From NCBI RefSeq assembly GCF_018350175.1, contig NC_058368.1:54562001-54626000 (forward strand): a stretch of DNA of 64,000 nt. The letters are read 5' to 3'. Source of the DNA: Felis catus. Taxonomy: Eukaryota. A program made the translations under genes and the position numbers. Positions 12,956-25,779 of the stretch are shown here, one piece after another (within the stretch, counting starts at the first letter, position 1; every line of letters begins with the position of its first letter). The notes beneath the pieces were generated by a model. The model was not told the DNA's origin and ran no database searches. It worked only from the letters and a program-made list of their open reading frames with translations.

Positions 12956-13169
12956 TATTTATTAGTTTTAATACTTATACTTCTAATGTGGAAAAAAAAT
13001 CAGATAAAAAATTCCAATTGGTTTGAAACAGATTATGAATATTTCTCAGTCTATCAACCTGAACCTTCCCAATGTCCTTGCCTTATCTACAGCTGTACAT
13101 TTTTGTCTATTTTCCCTTAAGTTTCATTTCTCAATGCTTAGAAATTTGGCTTTTATCTTTAGTATGCTC

Positions 13170-13900
13170 CCAAAAATATTCTCCATAAAATCTGCAATAA
13201 CTTCTTTGTTGTCAAATTCAATGACCTCGCTCTGGTCATTATTCTATTCTATTTCTCTGTAAGATTTTATAATTTTTACCTTTTTCTTCTGCAGGCTTTT
13301 TCAATCTTGTTCTTTATAATAGCAATCTGTCTCGTAATGTCCTTAGTCTATATCCTCTAAATCTTTATCATTGACTCCTCTTTCCTTATAAATTATGTGA
13401 AAGATAGACTTGATGAAAATCCCTCTCTGGGGCTGCTTCTGCTCTCCTTTGAGACACTCTCCTCGTGTAATGAGTTCTGCTTCAAATGCTTCATCTACCA
13501 CCTTCACTCAGAAACATCCAAAGCCATTTACCAATTCATACCAAAACATTTATTGATGCCTGAGGTGTATGCAAGACTGTACTATATCATTAAGATGAAG
13601 AAAAATGAATAAAAACAGTTCTAAATATACTGGGATTATAAGTCAAATGAATAGAACAGAAAAACAGACAATGAAAATACTGTGTGATAATTATTTATAG
13701 AGCACCAAATATTATGAAAGGACAGAATGGCTAACCTGGCATAAAAAAAGGAGAGACCAGAGAAAGGGAAATTGGATTCAGTGTTTAACAATGACTAAGA
13801 ATTTACTTGGTCACAAATCAGGAGGACAATGTAAACAGAAGAACGTCTTGTACAAAATGATAAAGTATGAAAGAACTCGGCATCTACAGAACTGAGAACA
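13170..13900. mobile_element. L2 fragments (sense, then antisense 3' end)
   Basis: ttgtcaaattcaatgacc..., then aaacatttattgatgcctgag. Confidence 0.55.
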
Positions 13901-13964
13901 GTTCTTCATGATTAAACTTTTTTTTACTGACTTAACCCAGTAAAAAAGCTAAAGGGCATCTTTA

Positions 13965-14158
13965 CAGCACAGTCCTTAATACACTAATAAGTATTCTTAA
14001 GCTCTGAAATTCCTTATGCTAAATGCTAGTGCAAAAGATGCACTAATACTATGCACTAATAATTTATAGAATTTCTCAAGGTAATTTGGCAGGGACACTT
14101 TTCAGAGCATCTCTCTTGGGAGCTAGTCTTCCACATGTCACTAGTTAGAAAAACCGTG
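13965..14158. mobile_element. hAT-Charlie-type MITE remnant (MER103-like)
   Basis: atttctcaaggtaatttgg...gagcatctc...ctagtcttccac...ttagaaaaaccg resembles a MITE terminus. Confidence 0.4.
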
Positions 14159-14629
14159 GTTATACAGGTGACTTCCTGTTTAATTATTCACTTTTCAAAT
14201 TATGTCATATATAGCTAGCACACTTGCCCTATCGTCCTATTTCCTGTTCAGTGAATAAACATGTGACACGACACACGAAGCCTGTCCTGAATTAATGTCT
14301 GTTACCCTATGCTACCCAAGCTACTCCCTTTCTCGGAAAAAGTAAAATAAAATGTTTGTCTGCATTTCCCATTTCTTCCTCTTCACTTTCTATCCACCTT
14401 TTGTATAATGATATTATCATATACATTGAAACAGTATGTAGAATAATATAACCCATAAACAAAACCCAATTAATCACATTTTAATAATTGGCTGCAAATA
14501 TTTTTTTTTTGGCAAATCAGTTTATTATGGAAACAAGGTCACTCCACCATCTCCAGTTCCTAAAGACCCGCTGATACCTCACTCCAGAATATATAATCTA
14601 TGAAGTTGTAGTGAATTTTTCTCAATAAT

Positions 14630-14809
14630 TTTTTTTGAGTGAGAGAGAGAACAGGGCAAGGGCAGGGGGAAAGGGAGAGAGAGAATCTTAAGCAGGCTCC
14701 ACGGTCAGTGCAAAGCCCATCGTAGGGTTCCGTCTCACAATCATGAGATCATGACCAGAGTCAAAATCAAGAGCTGGATGCTCAACTGACTGAGCCACCC
14801 AGGCGCCCC
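14630..14809 (-). mobile_element. CAN-SINE
   Basis: ends gactgagccacccaggcgcccc. Confidence 0.92.
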
Positions 14810-17799
14810 TCAAAAAATGTTTATATGCCTATTTATACCAAAACAACAAATGTAATATATGAGAATAAATACACAATAAACAACTGATACACTATTGTTT
14901 AGGGTGATTTTAAAATTTATATCAAAGGTATTATAGTTTATCTACTTGCTGCTTTTTCCTAATCAATTGTTGAGTTTTTAAGACTTTTCCATGTAGACAT
15001 ACTTAGTGCTAATTCAGGCACATAAATTCCAGTAGTATGGTATATATGCTACTTTCTATGGTATGAATATGTCCTAATTCATCTCTTAATTTAGTATTCC
15101 TTTACTAATTAATTCAATAATACTGTTGGAGACATACTTGTACCCTTCTGCTTGTGCAAATGTCTCAGAGTTTACCTAAGAACTTAGAATTTCATTGACT
15201 GTCAGTTAGTTTGTAAAGTATTGCCATCTATTATGTTATCTTCTTATCTCTAAGTATCATTCTAATACACATACTAGCAAACAAAAAAATCTGTATTTGA
15301 CTTATGGGATCATGGAAAATTCATTGATTTTCTTCAAAGAACTTATCAAAGTGTCATGCTCAGTTTTCTCAAATACTAAAATGATGTGTTATATCACCAA
15401 ATATCTCAATGACAATTAGAATATAAAGGTATTATCATTCACCCTTGTTTACCCAGAACTGGGAGAGTCCTTCTAAATAGTAAATGGCCCATTTGCATGC
15501 ATTAATAAAAGAAAAATTAAAATAAAATAAAATAACAAATTCATGGAACAAAACAAATTGAAAGAATATATTCTAATATCTTATGCATAAACCAATTAAA
15601 TCCTACACATTGATACAGGTAAAAATTATAGTTGCACCCAAAGACAATATTAAAACTAACTTTGTCACTTGTTAGGCATGACAGGAGATGTGTCTTCTAT
15701 GCCTTCCTTCCAAAACATTTATTATAATTATCCCTGGAATTATCCCATTTGAAAATCATTCCTTTCTCCTAGCAGAACACTTTGGTATGGCTATCGGTTT
15801 ATATGCAACTTCTGAATGATACTCTGTATTTTGTACCAATTAAAAAATACAGTATCATTCATTCATTCAATCATCTATCATTTGTGAAGTGTTTAATATT
15901 AGCAAGATATGAAGTTATATAACTAAATTACAAAAGTAAGAAAAAATATATATTCCTGATTTCAATTAACTCAGTTTGCAGACCAATAATGTTTTCCTAC
16001 ATTAAAGCAGGGACTGAGAATACAGAATTAATGAAAGCAAGCAAGTAAGCAAACAGAAAAGAATGAATGAAAAATCCTAAGGAGCTATGTGAATAAGTGA
16101 GGGAAAAGCAGAAACAGAAGAATTTTAAAATATGAAGTCATATTCATAATTTCAGGTAACTAAAAACAGATTCGTCAATCTGGTACTAAGAGGAATTTTT
16201 TTAATAAACAGAACTTTACTCTGCTATTATAATGATTTACCCCACATCTACTATATAGCATGCTCTGCTTGTTGCTTTACTGATACAGAAATTGAGGTTT
16301 AGAACCATTCGTAAGTTTGCTTCGGTTGACATAATTCCTAAATGGCTAGTCAGTCTGGCTTTAATATCTATACTTTCCCCCTTATCCTACGTTGTCACCT
16401 TATGAAGACAGTGTTGACGGTGATCAAAATATTATTGGCTTTAACCCTTGTAGTATTAGTAATCCTCATTTTTCAGATGTTCAGAAAGATGAAGTAACTT
16501 GGAAATATTGCTGGTAAAACAGTCATCCTTCCCAAAGAGTGGTGCTTGTCCTCTAGAGGTCGGGAACACGTGAAGTTCGTGCCCAGCTCTATATGCTTAC
16601 AAACTGAGCTGCTTCCCTCATTCCTACTCACTATGTTCCCCCCCACCACTCACATATGCCTGGTGGTACAGGACACAAGACCTTTCTGTCCTCCATTGTT
16701 TAAAGTTTAACAATAATATTTCAATGTTCAAATGTTCTTTTCCAAATTATACAGAATATACTTACATATTTCATTTTGTGATTTAGTTTTAAGACTATGT
16801 ACCACACAGACAGTTGAGACTATTTTAGAAGGAAGGCACAGGAGTGCTTTTTGTACTTTTATTTTAAAAGGCTCTTGAAGAAAGAAAATCAAACTGTGAG
16901 TCTAATGCTTGATTATTCCCCCTAAACTGAAAACCTTAGTCCTTAGTTCTTAAATCCCAATTACTAAGCACATGACCAAAATCAAGAAGATTCTTGATAA
17001 ATGTGTGTGGACTAAACAAACTAATGAATTAATTACTAAGTGAATAGATATGGCATTTGATGTAGGATCCTTTGCAAAATCTTCAACTGTGCAGAATAAG
17101 CAGGGTAGAAAAAGTAAATATTTCTTAATAAGCTGTAAGGCAAGAGATCTGTTCCAACTTACTTAACTCCCCCAAAGATGCACAGATGTTCTTCTCCCGT
17201 AGGGAGAAAAGAAGAGGAAGATGAAATTGAAGAGATAATAGTATGTCTTGTCAGCAGTTCTGGGGCAACTGCTAAAGAGATCCTCTAGTAACGAAGAGGG
17301 CTTAGAGATAATGAGTGTAACAATCTTGTCTTCACACAGGAGGTGGAAAGCTGGCTTTTTTTTTAATCAATACTCTGCTATTTGCAAATTAGCAACAGAT
17401 AGAGTATGGCAGTAAAAAATATATATGTAAATAAATAAATGAATAAAGTCAATAAAAAAAAGACGGGGAGAATGAGAAAATTAAACTGTTCTATAAACTT
17501 TGTGAGAACTACATACTTGACTAAAATGGTATTTCTTTATATTTCTTCTCTAAGTAAAATTTGGAGCCTTAAGTTATTATGAAAATTTGAAAAATATAGG
17601 CAGTTGTAACTCTCCTGAGAAAATAGCGTAGAAATACAATAGTCTTTTGCAAAACTTTCTTCCTTTTCCCATCCTTCTTCCTCCATCTGCTTCTTAACTG
17701 CTCTTTGTATCTTTTTCTTGCTTTCTCTTTTTCTTTATTTTTTTCTCTTTTTCTATTCTTCCTCTGTTTCTAATTCTGTCTTAAAAGAAAAAAAGAAAC

Positions 17800-17860
17800 A
17801 TTATATATATATATATAATATATATATAATTATATATATTATATATAAATATATATATAT
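17800..17860. repeat. (TA)n-rich microsatellite
   Basis: Direct reading of the sequence. Confidence 0.9.
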
Positions 17861-17915
17861 TTAACCACCAATTAAATTCTGCTCAAGGTCATGGCTGGTA
17901 GCATCTGGTATTCTT

Positions 17916-18003
17916 TTTTTTTAAGTTTATTTATTTGTTTTGAGAGAGACAGAGACAGCACAAGTAAGGGAGGGGCAGAGGGAGAGGGAGGGAGGGAGGG
18001 AGG

Positions 18004-18049
<46 letters not shown>

Positions 18050-18176
18050 CCCAAGCAGGCTCTGCACCATCGGCACAGAGCCCGATGTGGGGCTCAAACT
18101 AGTGAAACCGAGAGATCATGACCTGAGCCAAAACTGAGAGTCAGATGCTTAAGCGACTGAGCCACCCAGGCGCCCC
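17916..18176 (-). mobile_element. CAN-SINE with expanded (GGGA)/(GA) tract
   Basis: TSD agcat(c/a)tggtattctt at 17900-17915 and 18177-18192. Confidence 0.95.
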
Positions 18177-18516
18177 AGCATATGGTATTCTTGATGAAAG
18201 TGGGATAAGTAAAAAAAAAATGTGTGTATAGAGAAGAAGAGCAGGAAGTCCCTGCGCTCTGTGAAGCAGCAGATGCTTCTTCCATCTGGCTATGAGCAGG
18301 ATTCCTAGGGGACAGAGGACAGGAAAGAGACCGTGGCCCAAATTCCTAGATGCTCTAAGATCTGTCACTTTAGCACCAAGCATTCTTACACCTCATTGAT
18401 GAACAGAGTTTCCATTTATAATTATATCAGAAAGAAACTTTGTTATGTATTGTTTTCAGAAGCAGAGGTTGGGTGGAAGTTGTAATAGCTGGGAAAGAAC
18501 ATAAAAGAGCTTCAGA

Positions 18517-18737
18517 GGGGCGCCTGGGTGGCGCAGTCGGTTAAGCGTCCGACTTCAGCCAGGTCACGATCTCGCGGTCTGTGAGTTCGAGCCCCGCGTC
18601 GGGCTCTGGGCTGATGGCTCGGAGCCTGGAGCCTGTTTCCGATTCTGTGTCTCCCTCTCTCTCTGCCCCTCCCCCGTTCATGCTCTGTCTCTCTCTGTCC
18701 CCAAAATAAATAAAAACGTTAAAAAAAATTAAAAAAA
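18517..18737 (+). mobile_element. Young SINEC_Fc
   Basis: CpG-rich, near-consensus; TSD aaaagagcttcaga at 18503-18516 and 18738-18751. Confidence 0.97.
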
Positions 18738-19733
18738 AAAAGAGCTTCAGAGTGTGCTGTTGCACCCTACTTCACTAGCATTTTAAAATAAATTGTCAGT
18801 ATTAAAATGTAGTTTATTTCAGGCTTGTCAGTGGCATTAATTCTGGAGTTTTTATTTGTTCAGTATTTTTTAAATGCATTGTATTATAGATATACATTTC
18901 ATTTTGGACATTGGTGACCAATAAAACACTTGAAAGAATTACTCTTGTCCATTTTAGAGAAGATATTTATGTAAAATAGGCATTTCTTTGGATTTATCTA
19001 TAGGAAGTCCCTGATTTGCTGTATTTACCTGACACAATAAATGCAGCTATCTAAAGAGGCACCAGCAGTTGAATTAGCAAATACAAGTGGATCAGAGAGC
19101 AATAAATTTCCCAGGTTTTAACAAAATTAGCACAGATTGGAATTGGGTGGCTTATTTTAAAACTATATTTAAAAAGATGTTTATGGGGCCCTGCCTCTTC
19201 ATTTATCATGTAACTATACTATACACATATTTTTGTGTGGGGTGTGCATGTGTGTGCTCTGATCTCCTGAAAGTTGGAGTATTAAGACTGTCACAAACTA
19301 ATATATATGTGTGTACGTATTGTGCATGTGAATTTGCCTTGAAAATTAGGTCAAACCAAGGTTTCCAATAACCATGTACAAAATAGAATTTAATGATTTA
19401 ACATCTGTTATTTGCATATACTTTATTTTCAGTGCATTCCCATTACACTACAGGAGAAAATACAGGGGAAAGCAGATACTTTTCATAGAACCAATGGGAA
19501 TATAGCTATTTGTATTTGGAAACACGTGGGGACTCCTTTATGCATGGGACAATGAAAAGAAGGGAACCATTGCAGCTGGTAGAGGGATACAAACCTCAGA
19601 GTTTGGCATTCGACTGCACAGGAGCCAACAGCATCAGCATAGAGAAAGAGTCTATATATAAACATACAGTAATGTCTGCTTTAACAATAACCTGAAATGA
19701 AACTAGTGATACTACTCATTTAAAGAACAGTAG

Positions 19734-20438
19734 ATGAAAAGAATTATTCACCACGATCAAGTGGGATTCATTCCTGGGCTGCAGGGCTGGTTTAATATTC
19801 ACAAATCAATCAACATGATACCTCACGTTAACAGAGGAAAGGATAACAACCATATGTTTTTGTCAATAGATGCAGAAAAAGCATTTGACAAAATACAGCA
19901 TTCTTTCTTAATAAAAATGCTTAAGAAAGTCGGGATAGAAAGGATATACCTTAACATCATAAAAGCCATATATGAAAGGCCCACAGCTAATATCATCCTC
20001 AATGGGGAACAACTGAGAGCTTTCTCCCTGAAATCAGGAACACGACAGGGATGTCCACTCTCACCACAGTTGTTTAACATAGTGTTGGAAGTCCTAGACT
20101 CAGCAATCAGACAACAAAATGAAATAAAAGGCAACCAAATTGGCAAAAAAGAAGTCAAACTTTCACTTTTCACAGATGACATGATACTCTACATGGAAAA
20201 CCCGAAAGACTCCACCAAAAAACTGCTAGAACTGTTACATGAATTCAGCAAAGTCACAGGATATAAAACCCATGTACAGAAATTGGTTGCATTTATATAC
20301 ACCAATAATGAAGCAACAGAAAGGGATATCAAGAAATTGATCCCATTTACAATTGCACCAAGAACCAAAAAATACCTAGCTATAAATCTAATCAAAGAAG
20401 AAAAAGATCTGTATGCTGAAAACTATAGAAGGTTATGA
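19734..20438 (+). pseudogene. L1 ORF2 reverse-transcriptase fragment (234 aa), followed by frameshifts and stops
   Basis: ORF track translation; the catalytic FADD motif appears as FTDD. Confidence 0.9.
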
Positions 20439-22532
20439 AGGAAACTGAAGAAGACGCAAGGAAATGGAAAAACATTCTACGCTCATGAATTGGAAGAACA
20501 AATATTGTTAAAATGTTGATACTAAAATGCAATCTACACATTCAATACAATACCAATCAAAATAGCACCAGAATTATTCACAAAGCTAGAACAAACAATC
20601 CTAAAATTTGTATGGAATCACAAAAGACCCCAATATTCAAAAGTAATCTTGAAAAAGAAAACCAAAGCTGGAGGTGTCACAATCCCAGACTTTAGCCTGC
20701 ACTACAAAGTTATAATCATCAAGACAGTATGGTATTGGCAGAAAAACAGACACAGACCAATGGAATAGGACAGAGAAGCCAGAAATGGATCCACAAACGT
20801 ATGGACAACTAATCTTCAACAAAGCAGGGAAGAGTATCCAGCGGAAAAAAAGTCTCTTTAGCAAATGGTGGTGGGAGAGCTGGACAGCAACATGCAGAAG
20901 AAAGAAATGGAACTACTTTTTTACAGTAGACACAAACTTTCTTACACCAGACACAAACTCAAAATGGATGAAAGACGTAAATATGTGACAGGAACTCATC
21001 AAAACAGGCAACAAACTCTTTGCCCTCAGCTGCAGCAACTTTTTACCTGACCTGTCTCTGAAGTCAAGGGAAATAAAAGCAAAAAGGAACTACTGGGACC
21101 TCATCAAAGTGAAAACCTTCTGCACAGCAAAGGAAACAACAAAACTAAAAAGCAACCAACATAATGAGAGAAGATATTTGCAAATGACATATCAGATAAA
21201 GGGTTAGTATCCAATATCTATAAAGATCTTACCAAACTCAACACCCAAAAAAACAAATAATCTAGTGAAGAAATGGGCAGAAGACATGAATAGACACTTT
21301 TCCAAAGACATCTAGATGGCTAATAGACACATGAAAGATGCTCAACATCGCTCATCATCAGGGAAATAACAAATCAAAACCACCTTGAGATGCCACTTCA
21401 CACCAGTCAGAGTGGGTAAAATTAACAACTCAGGAAAGAACAGATGTTGGTGAGAATGTGGAGACTGGGGAAGCCTCTTGCACTGTTGGTGGGAATGCAA
21501 ACTGGTGCAACCGCTCTAGAAAACAGCGTGCAGGTTCTTCAAAAAATTAAAAATAGCACTACCCTGCAACCCAGCAAAAGCACTACTAGGAATTTATCCA
21601 AAGGATACAGGAGTGTTGATTCATAGGGCACATGTACCCTAATGTTTATAGCAGAGCTTTCAACAATAGCCAAAATATGGAAAGAGCCTAAATGTCCATC
21701 AACTGATGAATGGATAAAGAAGATGTGGTACATATATACAATGGAATACTACTCAAATGGAACTGGAGGGTATTATACTAAGTGAAATATGGGAGATGCA
21801 GGAGAGAAGCATCAAAGGAAAAGGCTTCAAAAGGGAAGGGCTGGAGAAGGTGCAAGGCCTTAGGACATGTTTACACAGCTGAATGAGCTGCAGCTCCTAA
21901 GGAATGCCTAGAGCCATTAACATTGCCGGGCCATCCTCCTTCACACCTGACTCTTGAAATTCAATGTCGAAAAGCTAAACCATTAAATTGACTAACACAC
22001 TTGCTTAGCTGACTTTATGCACATAGTCTTTAGCAATTATCCTAATAAAAAGAAGCTACATTTTGGAGTGGGGCCTCATTCTCTATGAGGCCTTCAGACT
22101 ATGAGGCCTTCATTCCACGTGGGGACCTTCACTTAACTGCACTTTGTTTGCGGACTCATCTTTTGTGACTCCGGCCATACTCCCGGCAACAGTGAAATAA
22201 GTCAGTCAGAGAAAGACAGATAGCATATGTTTTCACTCATATGTGCCATTTGAGAAACTTAACAGAAGACCCTAGGGGAAGGGAAGGAAAAGTAAGTTAC
22301 AAACAGAGAGGGAGGCAAACCATAAGAAACTCTTAAATACAGAGAAGAAACTGAGGGTTGATGGGGGTGGGGGGCTGGGGGGGTGGGGACAATGGGTGAT
22401 GGGCGTTGAAGAGAGCACTTGTTGGGATGAGCACTGGGTGTTGTATGTAAGTGATGAATCAGGGGAATCTACTCCTGAAGACAAGATTACACTGTATGTT
22501 AATTAGCTTGACAATTATTTATTTTAAAAAAA
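19737..22532 (+). mobile_element. 5'-truncated carnivore/felid L1 (ORF2 RT to 3'UTR), interrupted by a solo LTR
   Basis: RT motifs [42 protein letters not shown]-terminal domain; felid L1 3'UTR with G-rich tract; TSD aaagaacagt at 19722-19731 and 22530-22539 following a ttt|aaa endonuclease site. Confidence 0.97.
21790..22191 (+). mobile_element. Solo ERV LTR (about 400 bp) inserted into the L1
   Basis: TG...CA ends (tgggagatg...ccggcaaca); duplicated L1 bases gtgaaa(ta) at 21782-21789 and 22192-22199; the L1 resumes in register. Confidence 0.85.
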
Positions 22533-22565
22533 GAACAGTGGGTGCAAAGGATCATGCCTTGTGGA

Positions 22566-22616
22566 TGAAAGAAAGAAGGAAGGAAGGAAGGAAGGAAGGA
22601 AGGAAGGAAGGAAGGA

Positions 22617-22672
<56 letters not shown>

Positions 22673-22698
22673 AGGAAAGAAGGAAAGAAGGAAAGAAG
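22566..22698. repeat. Compound (GAAG)n(GAAA)n tetranucleotide microsatellite
   Basis: Pure polypurine tract of about 130 bp. Confidence 0.97.
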
Positions 22699-23393
22699 CT
22701 CTGGATCTGAGAGACTATATAATCATTTCAACAAAAAAGCCAAGAGCAGAAGTCTTTGCAGTGATCTGTCTCAGATACAGAGACTCTAGATAAAACAACT
22801 TATAGCACATTAGAACTCGATTTAGATTACCTTTCCTTTTCTCTCATTACTCTCTACACCTAGCCATGGACTCCTACAGTTTTTCTAACTTGTTATATTC
22901 ATCATTATAAAAGCAGATAGACCCATTTTTTAGCCCAATTGGAATTTCTGCATGACCCTCTGTTATTGTGTGTTTGCTTAAGACTGCTTTCAGTCCAGGA
23001 AGTGCTTATGAACAACAGTACCTAGAAGGAAATGGTAACTTTATATCTTTAAATTAATAAGACTGTCCATTAGTAAATAATATTCTGCATATTTATATGA
23101 GAGAATCAATCCAGACCATCTCATTATGATCTTATCCTAAGTGAGAACATACTCCTGTCTATAGATGACAGAGTTCTGCTCTCCTTAAAAATATAACTTG
23201 GTATTTTGGCCACCATTATGTCTGATAGAACCAAAACCAAACCAACAAAATGAAATATCAGAAGATAAAACCTCCAAATTACATAGATTAGAAACACATT
23301 TCTTATACTGATTTTCACAACAAATTTCAAAAAGTTGTTTTTATATTGCCCTACATCCATTTTTTGACTTTTGGATTTGCAGGTTTTTTCCAG

Positions 23394-23644
23394 TATTTTT
23401 AAAATTTTTTTTGAATGTTTTTATTTATTTTTGAGAGAGAGAGAGAGAGAGAGAAGGAGGGAGGGAGGGAGACCAAGCGTGAGCAGGGTAAGGAGCCGTG
23501 CGAAAGAAAGACAGAATTCGAAGCAGACTCCAGGCTCTGAGCTGACAGCAGAGAGTCAGATGCGAGTCTCAAACTCATGAGCTATGAGATCATGACCTGA
23601 GTCCGAACTCCAAGGCTTAACCGACTGAGCCACCCAAGCGCCCC
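23394..23644 (-). mobile_element. CAN-SINE (diverged)
   Basis: ends gactgagccacccaagcgcccc. Confidence 0.92.
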
Positions 23645-24307
23645 TATTTTAAAAAGATAATATAATACACAAATCAACATGAACTAGACTCCATTACTAA
23701 TTAGGATGCTCTATGGATGACATTTATTTACAGTTATGATTAGATTTAAACATTCACTCATTAAATTTGACAATCTATCATTCCTTCTGCAGTTTATCAA
23801 ATTATATTAAGCTGTTAATGAATATCAGGTATGTAAATGTTAAAATATCACCTAGATGAATGTTTCTAAAAGTAGTAGAGAAAGCAATAAGAAGAGCTTC
23901 ATAAGGAGGTCAGAGGCAAGGCAGAAAGGGAGAAAGGAAAGCAGTGATGGAGGAAATGACAAAAAAAAAAAAAAGGACTTCACATCTGCTAATAAATTAC
24001 CCTTATAACAATTTTTATGGTTTCTATAAAGGATATTTATTATATCATTTTTTATGGCTTCTCCATAATGGCATTCAGTTAAAGAAAATAATAAATAAAC
24101 ACCTTAATAAGAATATATATTTTAAAATATTATTAATAAATTTGGCTCTAATTTGAGCTTTTACAAGAAACGTTGTAAAAAGTAATTAACTTATCCTCTG
24201 TAAGGATCAATATCTTGATTGGGAAAGGAGGAACTTCTACTGAAAATCTGTAGAGTGATTTTCTAAGCTGCATTTAATAGCAGGTTCCTTGAATGTTACT
24301 TGCTGAG

Positions 24308-24326
24308 TGACCACTAGAGGGCACTC
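24308..24326 (+). promoter_or_regulatory. CTCF core-motif match
   Basis: tgaccactagagggcactc fits the CTCF consensus CCASYAGRKGGCRS; lies in unique sequence. Confidence 0.6.
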
Positions 24327-24732
24327 AAAACATGTACTCTGGTAATCGGCTTTCTGTTTTCTATCACCAAAATGGTTCTTTACTCTCAAGTCATAACCAC
24401 AAGAAAATAAGAAAAAAAATATTTCTCACTCATTGAAATTAATTATAAATTTAACTTAATATAAAACCACTAAAGTTTACTTGAAATAAACAGAGAAGGT
24501 AAATACTTTTGTGGCATAAATAAGAATAAAATCCTCATTTAAAAATAAAGTTTGATTTGGACCTTTTACATGAATAGGGATGTCTAAATAGGTAAACATT
24601 CAGAGGTAATGCCAATAGAGGCATAATGAGATTAGATCATGTGATGAATGATCACAGGACTTAGAGTTAGAATAATAATGATAGCTATCATTTATGATAC
24701 TTATCACATACCCCATACTGTCCTATACACTT

Positions 24733-24875
24733 TATATATATATAGATATAGATATATAGATATATATAGATATCTATAGATAGATATAGATATCTATATA
24801 GATAGATATATATAGATATAGATATATAGATATATATATTACTTCATTTTATTTACACACATACATACACACATA
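24733..24875. repeat. (TA)/(TAGA) compound microsatellite
   Basis: Direct reading of the sequence. Confidence 0.9.
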
Positions 24876-25252
24876 AAATGTACTATATCAACCCAATATT
24901 GTCATGAGGGGTTCTTTAGAAGAAGTAATAGAAGGCCTTGGAAATAAGAATGAATCAGATAGTGTCTTTCACTGTGTTTTTATGGAACGTTAACCCCATA
25001 ATATCATGTGAGCTATGATAAAATACCACTATTTAATAGAAAATTTGTTTCTATTTGAATTGGTTTTCTAAAAATGTTTAGATAACCTATAATCAAATAG
25101 TAACATGCATATAGATTTATGTTGTCTTTTATTCCCCTACCTAATTTATTATTTTTCTAATTTATTTACAGAAGCTAAGAAGTAAAATTTTGAATTCTCA
25201 AACTCAATATTCAAGAACTGACTATGGTAAGACTAGAACCCAATAGAAACTG

Positions 25253-25288
25253 TTTTTTTTTAATTTGTTTTTAATGTTTTTATTTACT

Positions 25289-25335
<47 letters not shown>

Positions 25336-25501
25336 ACGTGAGCAGGGAAGGGACAGAGAGAGTGAAACACAGAATCCCAAGCAGGCTCCAGGCTCTGAGC
25401 TGTCAGCACAGAGCCTGACACGGGTCTTGAAACCACGAACTGTGAGATCATGACCTGAGCCAAAGCCAGACCCTTAACCGAATAAGACACCTAGGCATCC
25501 C
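25253..25501 (-). mobile_element. CAN-SINE
   Basis: GA tract, cagaatcccaagcaggctccagg, ends cacctaggcatccc. Confidence 0.93.
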
Positions 25502-25779
25502 AGGAAATGTTTATTTTAATTTGCAAAGCATAATTTTCAGTTCAAATAAGTCTTCTACACTAATTAGAGATGTTAATTCATGACAAAGCTTATGATAAAT
25601 AAGGCTCCCTATTATATTCTCCATAAAGGAATGTTTAAGAGTGCTACCTCTCACTGTCTTGATTAGAGTTGTGAGGCCTTAAGACAAAACTATCAGACAG
25701 AAAATATTATCCCCTTCTTATGAGAAAACTAAGACACAGAGAGTTTAAGTTATTTGTATTTCTTAAAAGTATCAAGTAT

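Noticed and set aside
18517..18600. tRNA-like sequence with A and B boxes
   Set aside because: It is the tRNA-derived SINE head, continuing into the SINE body and A tail with a TSD; not a tRNA gene
19823..20395. Antisense ORFs of 119 and 68 aa
   Set aside because: Typical antisense frames of L1 ORF2
22451..22789. 112-aa Arg/Lys/Glu-rich ORF
   Set aside because: Translation of the (GAAG)/(GAAA) microsatellite and the L1 tail
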